A stretch of DNA of 64,000 nucleotides from Ramazzottius varieornatus (taxonomy: Eukaryota; Animalia; Tardigrada), in the NCBI GenBank assembly GCA_001949185.1, contig BDGG01000010.1, forward strand, positions 1,745,773 through 1,809,772. Direction: 5' to 3'. Made by a program: the position numbers and the translations under genes. The notes below the pieces were generated by a model. It did not search any database. It worked only from the letters and a program-made list of their open reading frames with translations, and was not told the DNA's origin. This document shows, one piece after another, positions 26,791 to 38,791 of this stretch; position 1 is the first letter of the stretch; every line of letters begins with the position of its first letter.

Positions 26791-28586
26791 CTAAAGGCAC
26801 CAAGAAATCAAGCTGATATCTTTACTACTTGCGACTCCCTGTACTTCTTCATTTCGTTCTTCATCGTGTTTTGGAAGAGATCTGCACGATTCTGATCGTC
26901 GCCTTTGTGAACCTATAAGAACAAGTAACACAATTAACTAGCCCTGAAGTTGTATAAGCACGGTCACCGGCGGAGAATTTGGAGCTTACCCAATGTTTGT
27001 ACATCATGAAGGCGCTCAAGTCGACCACTTTCCTTATGGTCCTTAGCTTATAAGGCTCGAGCTGAATCTGCTCCCGATTCACCGGCTGTGGCGTCAGACG
27101 TAGCCGCTGGATCCTTATGGCTGCGCGCACCGCAAGGAAACACCTCCTCAATCTGGTCCTCGGCGTCACAACCTTGTCCAGATGAGACTTTATCAGGAAA
27201 AACTCATGCTGTAAAGCTTGATCAACAGTGAGACGCAGATCTTGGTCCACCGTAAGTAACCTTCAAAATGGAGCAGATGTCAACATCATCCAAGGAAAGC
27301 GGAAGAAAAACACACGTGCTTTCGAATGAGATCTTTGGCCACTTCCGTCACGTCATTCCATTCCGGCGCGGCGAAATTGTACTGGCCTTCGAGGATCTGT
27401 CTCAGCATCACCATCTGTTTTCGATGCCAAAATGGGGGATAGCCAGCCAAAAGTGTATACATGATGACACCACATGCCCACAAATCGACGGGTTTACCTG
27501 CAATACAACGGTAATAATCAGCATCAGGTACCACCGGAAGTACGACCAGAAGTCGCCCAAACAAACACAAGGAAAGGAAGCCAGCGTATCATCGACGTAC
27601 GTACCGTAGGGTCTCTGGGCGTCGTACATGGAGACTCGTAGGACTTCGGGTGCTAAATAACCAGGAGTTCCCTGCAAAGACACCAATAACCAGCACGATC
27701 GAGGTAGATGACGCTTGCTCATGGGAAACAGGACTTACACAGAGATCAGTAAAAACATCTGTTTCTCCCTCGGGAACGATACCCGCGAACCCAAAATCCG
27801 TAACTTTGATGTTAAGTTCGTCATCCAAAAGGATATTTTCCGGCTTCAAATCCCGATGCACGTAGTTGCGACTACATAGAAAAAAGACGGATATGACCTG
27901 TGTACAGCTTGAGAATGCTATCAGCGTTACTGCTGCACTTACCTGTGGATAAAACTAACTGCTTCCAAAAGCTGCTTCATTATAGTACGGGTCTTCTTCT
28001 CACTCAACCTAACAACTTGGTTGAGGTAATCAAACAACTCGCCTGTAAAAGAAAAGACGACAGAATGCAACATGGAAAACGTCGCACTGCAATGGAACTG
28101 TTTACGTTATATACATGGGCGTATTTGGGCGACAGCACATGCAACAGGTGATGACTTACCTTTCTTGCAAAGCTCAAACACCATGAAGATGAAGGCAGGC
28201 GCGAAAAAAACATCCTGGAGCTCTACAGAGCAATGGTACAATATCAATAGTAATTCTGAAACGTGAATGGTAGGAGAATTATCTTCTGTGAAGACATATA
28301 TACCTATGATGTTTGGGTGGCCAGCAAGCGCCCGTAGTGCAGCGATCTCCTTCACAGCTGCTTCGTACGTCTCTTTGGCGTCTTCCGGACTCAAGTTGGG
28401 GTTGGTGTCTCCACCGATGTCGATTACCTTGACAGCATACTCTGTTCCGGTGGTCCTGTCCACACACAAGCGAACGACGCTGCTGGCTCCACGACCTAGT
28501 ATGTCTTTCGCTGTATATTTGGCGTAGAATTCCGCAGCTTCCTGCCTGTCTGGTAGGTTATCATCCATATACATGTCGGCACCCAT
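26791..28586 (-). CDS. PHKG: Phosphorylase b kinase gamma catalytic chain, copy B
   Basis: [34 protein letters not shown]|[30 protein letters not shown]|[18 protein letters not shown] 28586, TAG 26793-26791. Confidence 0.93.
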
Positions 28587-29546
28587 GATGCTCAATTTCC
28601 GGCCGCACTCTTGTTGCGAGGACCACCTGATGCAACGTGCTGAAACAGTCCTTGCCTATCTTTGGACGTTGTCTGAAGACATAACCACGGTACAATAATC
28701 CGTAACAGAGCTCCCTGATGAATATTGATCCTCGTACGAGGGATCAGCAATACACGGAATTATCCTAGGAGGCTTCCTTAAACTAGACGCTTGCACGGTA
28801 TCCCTGCACCCTCGCTGTGGTAAAACAGTTCAGCAGAATTTAATACTACACCTGGAAAACTAATACTGTGGAAAGAACATTAGATCGACTTTGACTCGGA
28901 AGTACGATTTTGAAATGGCGACAAATGTAACGAACACGGAACACCTGTCGAACTCCAATAGAATAATTGCGAAATTTTCCGCGGTAAACAGACCAAACTG
29001 ATGTAAGCGGCCAATGAGACTTATGAGAGCCTGAAAGACGTGAGTCCACTAGGTGGCGTGCACGAGACCCGGAAGCGGATAGTTTTGTCTGAAGGACGTT
29101 ACAAGCTCCCAAACCAATTCCTTGCTAAAGCCGGGAAAGTTCTTGAAGAGAGGAGCTCGAAGTAATCTCTTTTCTTCTCTCATCAGAGCGGCAGTAAGCC
29201 GTAATGCAGCGGTAACAAGTACTTTCAGTGCACGCCTTCACAATCATCAAAACAATGCACACTATTTTTTTTGCGGAGCAGGCTTACTGATACACCGGAT
29301 CGGAAGATCCGAAGGGTACAACGTCGCAGTGTTCCACAGTTACAAACGGGATGAGAACTTGAACCAGCATGTCAAAAAGTCGATCTGAATCACAGAATAA
29401 TGCAGAGACAATCCTCACAAGACAATTTAACTCAGATGCAAATCACACGTGGTTGTCGAGCCTGTTTACCTTCTAGTCAGAGCTGTCTTAGAACCTCATC
29501 GGCTAGTTGGAAGGCAGCTTTCTTCGAATCTTTCCGTTCAGACTTT

Positions 29547-30219
29547 CTACAGATGATTTGTCGAGACTGCCAGACTGGCTTTCCTGTCCGCAGCATCTGA
29601 CGCTCCAACTGGGACTGGCTCCGTTCCTGGGGGTCCTAAAGATGTCAAAGCAGTGTGTTTATCTTCCGCTGCCATCCACATCAACTGGCAGTCATGCGTC
29701 TTTCTTCGACTAACGTTCCAGCTAGCAAGGGAAGCGACAACCATAGGAGGAACAAGGAAGTACTTGGGTGCATAGGGAATCCGCTTCTTGTTCAGCTCTT
29801 GTACGAAGAAAGTCACGGCAAAACCTGCAAAAAAAGAGCAATTTGCATCAATGCCATCCATCGTCTCACATAATGGGAGGGGACAGAACCAATCGTCGTA
29901 AAACAGGAAGGGAGAACCCATCGACAGGAGGCCAGGAGGTGCAAGACAAAGTGGAAAATGGTCATGAAGTACGGAGTGTGTTCCCTGGAATTTCCTTACT
30001 CAAAGTGAAGGTTGCCAGTCCATACAAGAAAGCCCGCGATTGACACTGAAGGTAAGACGGAAACGCCTGCAAGAAATGCAAACGATCCCCATCATAAAGG
30101 CGTATTGTCGCATGCACTGGGTACACCATGATTGCTATATCCGTATAAGTGCAGAACGTACCTACCGGATACTGGTCTTTGTACTGCTCCGCAAGCCGTT
30201 CACTTCTTAGCTTGCTCAT
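29547..30219 (-). CDS. TMEM141: Transmembrane protein 141
   Basis: Three exons: MSKLRSERLAEQYKDQYP | AFPSYLQCQSRAFLYGLATFTL | SFAVTFFVQ...RIPY...SWNVSRRKTHDCQLMW. Matches the TMEM141 CQSxAF and C..xW motifs. Confidence 0.85.
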
Positions 30220-30691
30220 TGTGCCAACCCAGCGGAAACAATCCTTATCCGAAACATCAGATTCTGATGATCGTGTCTGGGGCGATCCGTCCAAGAATCA
30301 AATTCTGCGATCACGCAGCCGTTCATGCTCCTGAGCTTCCTCCGAATTTGATGTAAGCAGAGTGATCCACTCTGATGTAAGTGCGATCCATCAACCAAAC
30401 CAGACCTCTCATCAAACACTGTACGACGTCACACGGTGCAGTCGTATATCGGTCCGTGTGAAGCCGTGTGAATAACAGTCTGCCAAGTCTGCTTTCGACT
30501 AATTGAGTCGCAATCTCCTTAACGAACAAAATCTCGATCTCGCAGACTCGTCCTCTGACCAAGCTTTCAGCACAGTTCTTTCCTTTGTTTATTGTTATGG
30601 CACATGCCTGTATCTCCTACTCTGATCATATCTGTTAGGTCTGGTTAGGTAACAGGGATCAGGACTCTGTACTGCAAAGCAAGAACACAAG

Positions 30692-32121
30692 ATGGAGCGG
30701 CGACCACGCGGGAAGAGACCACCGGAAGCAACAAGTGCCAAATCTTTGGACGTCGTCTTCGTCCATCCTGATCTCGGCATCGGTGGAGCAGAGCGCCTGA
30801 TTGTGGATGCTGCCGTCGCTTTGCAGAGCAAAGGTCACAACGTGCGGATCGTTACTTCGCATCATGATCCGAAGCACTGCTTTGTCGAGACGCGGGACGG
30901 CACTCTGGACGTAACGGTGGTTGGGGATTGGCTGCCACGTAATATCTTCGGGAAGTTCTATGCGCTGTTCGCTTATCTGAGGATGATCCTATGTGCTATA
31001 TGGCTGGTGTGCTTCAGCGACTTCCCTACGGATGTTATCATCTGCGATCAGGTTTCAGCGTGTATTCCAGTGCTGAAAATGTGCGGATCCAATGTGATCT
31101 TCTACTGCCACTTTCCGGATCAGCTACTGACCAAACGCGAGAGTTTCCTGAAGAAGATCTACCGAGCACCTATCGACAAGCTCGAAGAATATACTACCGG
31201 AATGGCCGACTCCATCCTTGTCAACAGTCGCTTCACAGGTACCAGACTTATCCGTATCTTTCAACCGAATGGAGCCTGATGCGAAGTTCCGTCTTACAGA
31301 TGGCATCTTCGAGAAGACTTTTCAGTCGCTAAAGGGAGCAACCCGGCATGTCTTATATCCTTCTCTCCACTGCTCGTCCTTCGACCAGTTTGTTCCTTCG
31401 CAAGAACGTCACTCTGCAATACCGAAGTCAGCCAAACACGTTTTTCTTTCCATCAACCGGTACGAGAGGAAGAAGCAGGTCGAACTGGCAGTCGCAGCTT
31501 TCGGTAAACTCCTCTAGAGGGAGACTTTGCATGTTGTCGAAATTATAGGTCTCAATGATCTTTGTTTCATGTTTTGTAGCTGCCCTTCAGCATTTAGTTC
31601 CTTGTGACATATCTCTCCACCATCCCGATCAGCCTGCGACGCTCCACTTAGTAATAGCAGGCGGGTACGACGACAGAGTACCGGAGAACATCGAGTACTA
31701 TGAAGCATTAGTGAACCTCGTTGACAGCTTTGGGCTGAACGGGCACGTGACGTTCCTGAAGTCCATCGACAACTCGACAAAGCTGCAGTTGATCAACGAC
31801 TGCACTGCACTTCTGTACACTCCTTCGGAAGAGCATTTCGGAATCGTTCCTCTGGAAGCCATGTACCTGAAGCGACCTGTCATTGCTGTAGCGTCAGGTG
31901 GTCCGCTGGAGACAGTGGTGGATGGGGAGACAGGTTTCCTGTGCGAGCCGGACGAGATGCACTTTGCAGAAGCCATGAAGAAGTTCGTCGCGGATAGAGA
32001 ACTGCCGAGAAGGATGGGCGATAATGGAAGGGAACATGTGGTGAGGAACTTCTCCTTCGAAGCCTTCTCGGACCAGCTGGAGAAAGCCGTCGTCAAAGTT
32101 GTTACCGGAGTTCAGTACTGA
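30692..32121 (+). CDS. ALG2: Alpha-1,3/1,6-mannosyltransferase
   Basis: [70 protein letters not shown]. Confidence 0.97.
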
Positions 32122-32673
32122 AGCTGCTTAATTTCACTCGTAACCTATCGATCCGGCAGGTTTGGTTCTGATATTCGACTGAGATTACGTTTGAAACAGA
32201 TTTTTAAACTTTTATACCGTACCGTGCTTCAACTAATAATTCAGCGAGTTTTTATCGACTTTAACAGCACTATCATCACGCGTATCGATTCTTTTTGTAT
32301 TTAAAACCCTCATCAATCAAAGCATCACGGGAATGAATTGGGCTTAACATTCAGAATTGTTGAGCTGGAAATGCCCTGCGGAACTTTCGCTACTGACATG
32401 GTGTTCGGTGAATCACTGAGACGAAGGCATTCGTGCTCATTCGTTAAGGTCGGTTCCACATGGTCGGGTAAAGCACCTTGAACGCCCTGACTCGTGAGGC
32501 TAATTGCTGTTCTTCTCTATGTATAGTCGACCTTCGAGTGAAACATGCATCGTTGCTTCTTGCTCGCGTGGTTTGTGTTTGAAGATGAAGACCTGTATTC
32601 AAAACAAAACTGCTCCTGAAAATGAATCCACGTATGCGGAAGTATCGCGCTGAGAGAAGTTCGGTGAGGCATT

Positions 32674-34030
32674 ATGCATCATGTCCGGTGGCCAACAGCA
32701 TTCTTCCGTTCGACGATCGGCTTTGTTATCGTGGTTTGCTCCATATTTATTTTATCTATCACCTTGGGTCTCTCGAAAACGGAGTGGGAATTCCAGCCTT
32801 TCAAAGCATCAGGTACTTCAAAGTACTGACTCGAACTAGCTCAGGTCGTTCCTCCAACGAAGCTCCTCAAAGTAGGTTTTGTGGCGAAGCACAAGGTTTG
32901 TCGCAAGGACTTCCATGGACAAAACGAATGGATCATCGAGCGTGTCATTGCAAGAGCCACCTGCCGGCTATCCAGTAAACGTCCGACGATACGGAAGCTT
33001 GATCTCGGAAGTGCCCGTGCATCTGAAGCTTTCAGGAACAAGGAACTATACTTCCTTTCACACGAACTGGAGAACGCTAATGGACTTGGAAACTTCATGT
33101 TCATGACGGCAACAACGATCTGCATGGGAAGAGCCGCAAAGCGCAAAGGTATTTCACCAATTGGTCTTCAACGGCCCAATATTGAAACTTGAACACCTTT
33201 TGGATTTCATCGCCGTCTTTTCTGTCATACTTGTAGCTGTTTTTATGAAGCCTCATCCACACATGGAAACATTCCACAATCACTTCCAGATAGCTGGATT
33301 ACTCCCGCACAACGAATCTCAGCTGTTCGATCAAGCTATGTCACGTCGAACAACGTTCCACGTTCCAAACGCCGGAGTCTTTGATTACACGTTACGAGCC
33401 AAGTTGGACCCTCGAAGTCCAGAGCCGTATAGCAAAGACCTCAAGCTGGCCGTTCTACGAGGCTACCTTCAATCTTGGAAGTACTTCCAGACATGCGAAC
33501 CCGCAATCAAACACCAATTCACCTTCACGGAGCGTATTTACGATCAAGCCGTACTAGCACTTTCTTCAAAGCTAGAAAGCTACTTCAACTCACCAAGCAG
33601 CCAAAGACCGACATCACTGATCGGTATCCACGTCCGTCGCGGCGATATTCTACAGCCGGGTCATCGCAACTACGGCCACAGGCCGGGCAGCAAACAGTAT
33701 TTTGAGCACGCACTGGACATCATGAACCGTACTCATCATCCAGCAGTGTTCATCGTTATAACCAATGATCTCCCATGGTGTAGGAAGGTCTTCGCGAACA
33801 TGAGCAATGTGATACTCATGGACCCAGCTCCTCCGCCTGTTGATATGACTATGTTGAGCTTATGTGACCATCTGATTCTGTCGGTGGGAACCTTCGGATG
33901 GTGGTCGGCGTACCTTAGCGACAGCCGTGATGTTTTGTACTATAAAGATTGGCCGAGACCCCTTTCCCGACTGGCTTCAGAGTATAACAGCAATGACTAC
34001 TTTATGCCACACTGGACTGCGGCAGACTAG
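32674..34030 (+). CDS. GT11 alpha-1,2-fucosyltransferase-like type II membrane protein
   Basis: Exon 1 MHHVRWPTAFFRSTIGFVIVVCSIFILSITL is a signal anchor. GLGNFMF, GYLQSWKYF, IGIHVRRGD, DMTMLSLCDHLILSVGTFGWWSAYL. Confidence 0.9.
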
Positions 34031-34314
34031 AGCGACTTGGAGCGACATCATCAAACGTCATCGTTATTAACTTCAGGGTTGAATTTTTGAGCTGCGTACT
34101 CTTCGCAGTTTTCCAACAACTTAAAATGCATGAACAGTTTTGCTGTCGAAAATGTTGAACAGAGATATTTTGCATTTCCACTTCTTCGGAAAGTCACTCA
34201 TGCAACCATAATAAACGCTTTAGTGAAGTCCCGAATCACAAACGCACAAACAAAAGGTTAAAATTCAGTCCAATTCACTGTACAACAAACATTGGGATCA
34301 TCACAGATGTGATT

Positions 34315-34822
34315 TCAGACACCGGCTCTGATAGCCTTTGTAGCAGGGCCCTCTCTGACCCATTGTTTTGAATTTTCGTCATAGGCATATCCCATATCTC
34401 GCACATACTGCTGATTTATTTTCTTCTGCATACTCCTTGCTAAAACGTCTTGGAGAGTAAAAGCGCTCAAAACAGGGAGTACGAGGAAGTACCGGTGTGT
34501 CATCGCATAAGGAAGACGTTGTGTCAAACGGGACCTTTGCTGGAGAGCCATCACGATGAAAAATGCTACAAGGAAGAAGCATACTGTACAAATCAACACA
34601 ACTACAAGACTACAGGATTGCTTCCTGCAGTGTTAGGACACTTACTGGGAATAAAGCCGCACACTCGCACTAGGCTTTTCGAAATCGTAGTTCGCTGAAG
34701 AAACAACGAGTCTCTCTGAAAAAAAGCACTGTGAGAGGCAAAGCACTTAAGGATCAACGTCTGACTTACCGTACCAAAGCCATGTCCGTGTACCGGTTTG
34801 CAGGCACATCTTGAAGCTCCAT
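34315..34822 (-). CDS. Small two-TM protein, probable divergent TMEM141 paralog
   Basis: Exons MELQDVPANRYTDMAL | RDSLFLQRTTISKSLVRVCGFIP (34715-34646) | ICFFLVAFFIV...QRLPYAMTHRYFLVLP...RAGV. Same intron phases as TMEM141 and a shared R[LI]PYA..[RK]YFLV.P motif. Confidence 0.65.
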
Positions 34823-35320
34823 CTCTCCACTTCGCCCAACTCGGGTGGCGAGGATGTCACGGCTTGACCAAGAGAACTATAATGCTCGTCTAAGATTTCG
34901 GAAAGCTTCCAATGGGTCCGGATCCGAGAACTTTAAAATCCGATTCTTGCTCTACGGTGTGTATGTGTTGATGAATGATGAGTAAGCACATACGATACGT
35001 TACAGCATTATGTCGTGACTATGACATATCGTTGGTGATTTATCGCAATCTCCTTGCGCCAGCTAAACTGATAATTGGTAAAATACTACAGTAAAATCCT
35101 CGTCAAATTTCTCCATTTCCATTTTCCCGTTTTCAAGCCACAAGGAACACTCAGTGGTTCTCCAGATGTCCAGTTTGCAGTTTCCATCATCATCATCATC
35201 TGTACAAGCTGCACAGTGATCTGAGACGCAGAAGGAAATCGACCTTCGGCACGAAGGGGAAGTCCGTCCCAGTACTTCATGGGCGAAGGGAATTTTGGGG
35301 CTTGGGTTATCAACTTCTAG

Positions 35321-36555
35321 ATGGGAGGAACAGAATCACGCTTTGCAAGACTGGTCGCTTGGAGGATGATGGGCATGATGGGAGCTCCGGCGGGTTCAAA
35401 ACCTATACCTCCCGTCAGCCGACTGTCCCATAACGTTATCCGCGTTCTCGGATGCAATCCAGGTCCCATGACGCTACAAGGAACAAACACATACGTGCTG
35501 GGAACAGGAGTGGAGTAAGTTGTTCGTTACAGAGCTTCCATAAATATGGCCTGACATCGTCTTCTCTTACTTTAGACGTTTATTAGTGGACGCGGGAGAA
35601 AAAGGCAACTCGAGCTACATTAAGAGTCTGAAAGACGTCTTGGCGGAAGAGAAAGCGAAGATTTCCAAGATCATTCTCACACATTGGCACGCAGACCATA
35701 CAGGCGGGTTGGATGGCGTTCTGGCTTCTGGGTGTACGACAGATCGACCTCAGCTGCTCAAGTACAAACTCGCAGAGGAAGAGCGATACGAGCACTTTGG
35801 CAATGACTCGAAAGTCGCCGTGGAAGGAGCGACTGTTAGGTGCGCTGCATAAGACATGCTTCCTTCTACAGTAGGTGCACCATATAGCTGGTCTGTTTCT
35901 GTTTGCAGGGCTCTTCATACGCCAGGCCACACAACGGACCATCTTAGTTTGCTTTTGGAAGAGAACAACGCAGTTTTTTCGGGTGATTGCATACTGGGCG
36001 AGGGTTCGTCAGTATTTGAACATTACGCAAACTACCTGAAGTCCCTCAAGCTACTGGCCGAAATGGATCCCGCGGTCATGTATCCTGCTCATGGTTCTGT
36101 GATTGAAAACCCTGTCCCTGTGATACAGCAATATATTGCGCATCGCGAACAAAGAGAAAAGGAAATTATAGCAGAGTTGCAGCGCCAGTTTCCGGGCGAG
36201 TCGACCGCAGACAAACTCGTATCTGCCATATATCCCGTAAGTTTCCTTCTTTTAACATTCGCTTTGGACTGAAATTCTTTCCCTGTTGATCTAACTGCGC
36301 GAAATTTATCTGCAGACTCTTAACTTTATCCTGAGGAAAGGTGCGCTTAACAATGTCGTCCATCACCTAAACAAACTGATCGAAGAAGGAAAAGTCGGTA
36401 TGTACTTCCCTGTCTTTGTCCAGCTTGAGTATTACTGTTCGGCATTCTGCGGGTCCTTAAAACACCATATTACACAACCTGTGGCTTGTCTGTTTTTTGC
36501 AGAAATGCTTCACGGAGATCGTTTCCGGCTGATACATTCGAATTCAACGGTTTGA
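35321..36555 (+). CDS. LACTB2: Metallo-beta-lactamase fold endoribonuclease LACTB2
   Basis: [50 protein letters not shown]. Start may be a later ATG near 35346. Confidence 0.94.
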
Positions 36556-37771
36556 CCGCCTCGCAGTATATTTATGTCTTTCGCTTCAGGCTTTGCACAA
36601 CAGTTTTCTCGCTGTTATCCACTACTCTGCTTCCAAACTGAGTTTACAGTTTATAGTTAGCTTATTAATTGCGAAGTTAGGCTGGATGCATCTCCGGTTT
36701 CATGGACTTGTCCAAATGCTTATTCAGGCAACGGGAGTGCCACGCCTTTGTCCATCTACTTGCAGTGGTGTCCGTCAAAGAATTTATCTTTCTGATTCCT
36801 TCCCGCAGTATATACTCTGAACCCACTGCTACTGCTTTGTTTATTTTGATCCTTATATTGCTTTGAGCTAACAAACTAAAGGGAGCAAAGGACCAATGCA
36901 GCGATGTTCAACCTCCAGGACTGGCAGGACATACTGGTCCGGGTCCTTGGGCATGAACACATCATTCGTGTTATGTTACTTATCACTTATATGACATGAC
37001 AGCCAAACTTACGACATGCCATTACGGAAAGCCAGACTGCGGGAGGTGATGCCACATTCGCAAACTCGCAATGGCGGTCCGTAGTATGTTTAATTTTTCT
37101 ATTTTGCGATTTTAGTCTAAAATACCCAAGGGATTCTAAATCGCAAACTCATCAGAGGAAACTCGAGCTCCAGTCAGCACGATCCTTTACTCAGGATGAT
37201 TCCCCGATTTTTTCTGATTTTTCTAATTTTGTTGACGAATTTTTCCAAGTTTTTGATGAGTCATGAGTCTTTATTTCGGATTTGATCAGTCAATTCTGTA
37301 CTAATCATTCGAAGATGTTGGTGTATTGATTAATACGGAATTGATAACCCTGTTGATAATACCACTTGACGGCACTGCACGATCAACAGGGTATAATAAT
37401 GCACTATGCCTGTACGTACAACATATGACTAACGGTAGAGACCACTTTCGGTGCCAAGAAATTTCTCTTTGATATTCCGCCATAAGCTCAGGCTTGCCAT
37501 AGTTTGCCCCAATTTAAGGACTTTAGAATGCCTGAACAGCTTTCTACGATCACTCAAGTGGTCTATGACAGTAAAGCTCCGCTGGAAGGCCAGCCTTTTG
37601 GGCGGAGCTCTGGCAAAATAGGAAAATACTTAGGAAAATTGGACAAGTATTTTTCTCCCTTACGCTCTTTCCAGGAAGACTCCATACCGTCTGTGCCTCT
37701 GGGGACCGTATCACATCCGTAAAAGCTGTGGACAAGACTAGGACATCCGTCGGGGTCTGTAGCTCCTCATC

Positions 37772-38413
37772 ATGGACTTTCAGCATCGTGCTGGAGGAAA
37801 GACAGGTGGTGGAGGAGTGGCATCAGCTTCCGAATCAAACCGCGATCGCCGAGAACGACTGCGCCAGCTGGCTTTGGAGACGATCGACCTCACGAAGGAC
37901 CCTTACTTTATGAAGAACCATCTGGGAACATACGAATGTAAGCTGTGCTTGACCCTACACAACAATGAAGGCTCCTACCTCGCACATACTCAAGGAAAGA
38001 AACATCAGGCCAACCTGGCACGACGTGCAGCCATGCAAGCCAAAGATTCCCTCATCCAGCCCGCTCTGGAGAAGGCACGAGTGGACATCAAGAAGTTTGT
38101 CAAGATTGGTCGACCGGGATACAGAGTAACCAAGCAGAAAGATCCCGAAACAGCCCAGCAAAGTCTTCTTTTCCAAGTGGATTACCCTGAGATAACGGAC
38201 AATACTATGCCGAAACATCGGTTCATGTCGGCTTTCGAACAACGCCATGAAGCACCTGATAAGAACTGGCAGTACTTGATCTTCGCCGCCGAACCATACG
38301 AGACGATTGCCTTCAAAGTGCCGAGCAGAGAAGTCGACAAGACCGAAGAGAAGTTCTGGACGGCTTGGAACAAGGAAACAAAACAGTTCTTCCTCCAGTG
38401 TTCGTTCAAATAA
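37772..38413 (+). CDS. SF3A2: Splicing factor 3A subunit 2 (SAP62)
   Basis: MDFQHRAGGKTGGGGVAS, U1C-type zinc finger YECKLCLTLHNNEGSYLAHTQGKKH, KIGRPGYRVTK. Single-exon CDS of 213 aa. Confidence 0.98.
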   Translation: MDFQHRAGGKTGGGGVASASESNRDRRERLRQLALETIDLTKDPYFMKNHLGTYECKLCLTLHNNEGSYLAHTQGKKHQANLARRAAMQAKDSLIQPALEKARVDIKKFVKIGRPGYRVTKQKDPETAQQSLLFQVDYPEITDNTMPKHRFMSAFEQRHEAPDKNWQYLIFAAEPYETIAFKVPSREVDKTEEKFWTAWNKETKQFFLQCSFK

Positions 38414-38791
38414 CGGAAGTTCCATATTTTGCGCTAGACGTCGTATGTAATTGTAGCTGATACGTTGTTCATTTTTACTTATTCCTCACTGTGAGCTCTG
38501 TGGAACCACGCGAAGTTCTGTCCAACTATTTTATCATAAACCGATATCTCAACGATTTTTTTGATCCGAACTTTTAAAAATTGAATGCCCTGAGTTTCTT
38601 GTTCCTGCAAAAATAATACTGGGCAAGTAATTTCAGTCCAGATCACAGGATGGACGAACTCGACATCCTCAAACCGATTGTACAGTTCCCGTGTGGGACT
38701 ATGAAACTGGACAAGTGTCAACTGTTTCTCGACGTGGATTCGTCTGGAAGACCATTTCCCGGTAACAAAAGACTGTAATACAGGTCGAACT

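Noticed and set aside
32330-32490. Several short stems between ALG2 and the fucosyltransferase
   Set aside because: Stems are short and no family motif or terminator is present; compatible with chance.
31698-38425. Long antisense ORFs over ALG2 (31698-32096) and SF3A2 (37955-38425)
   Set aside because: Shadow frames of conserved coding sequence.
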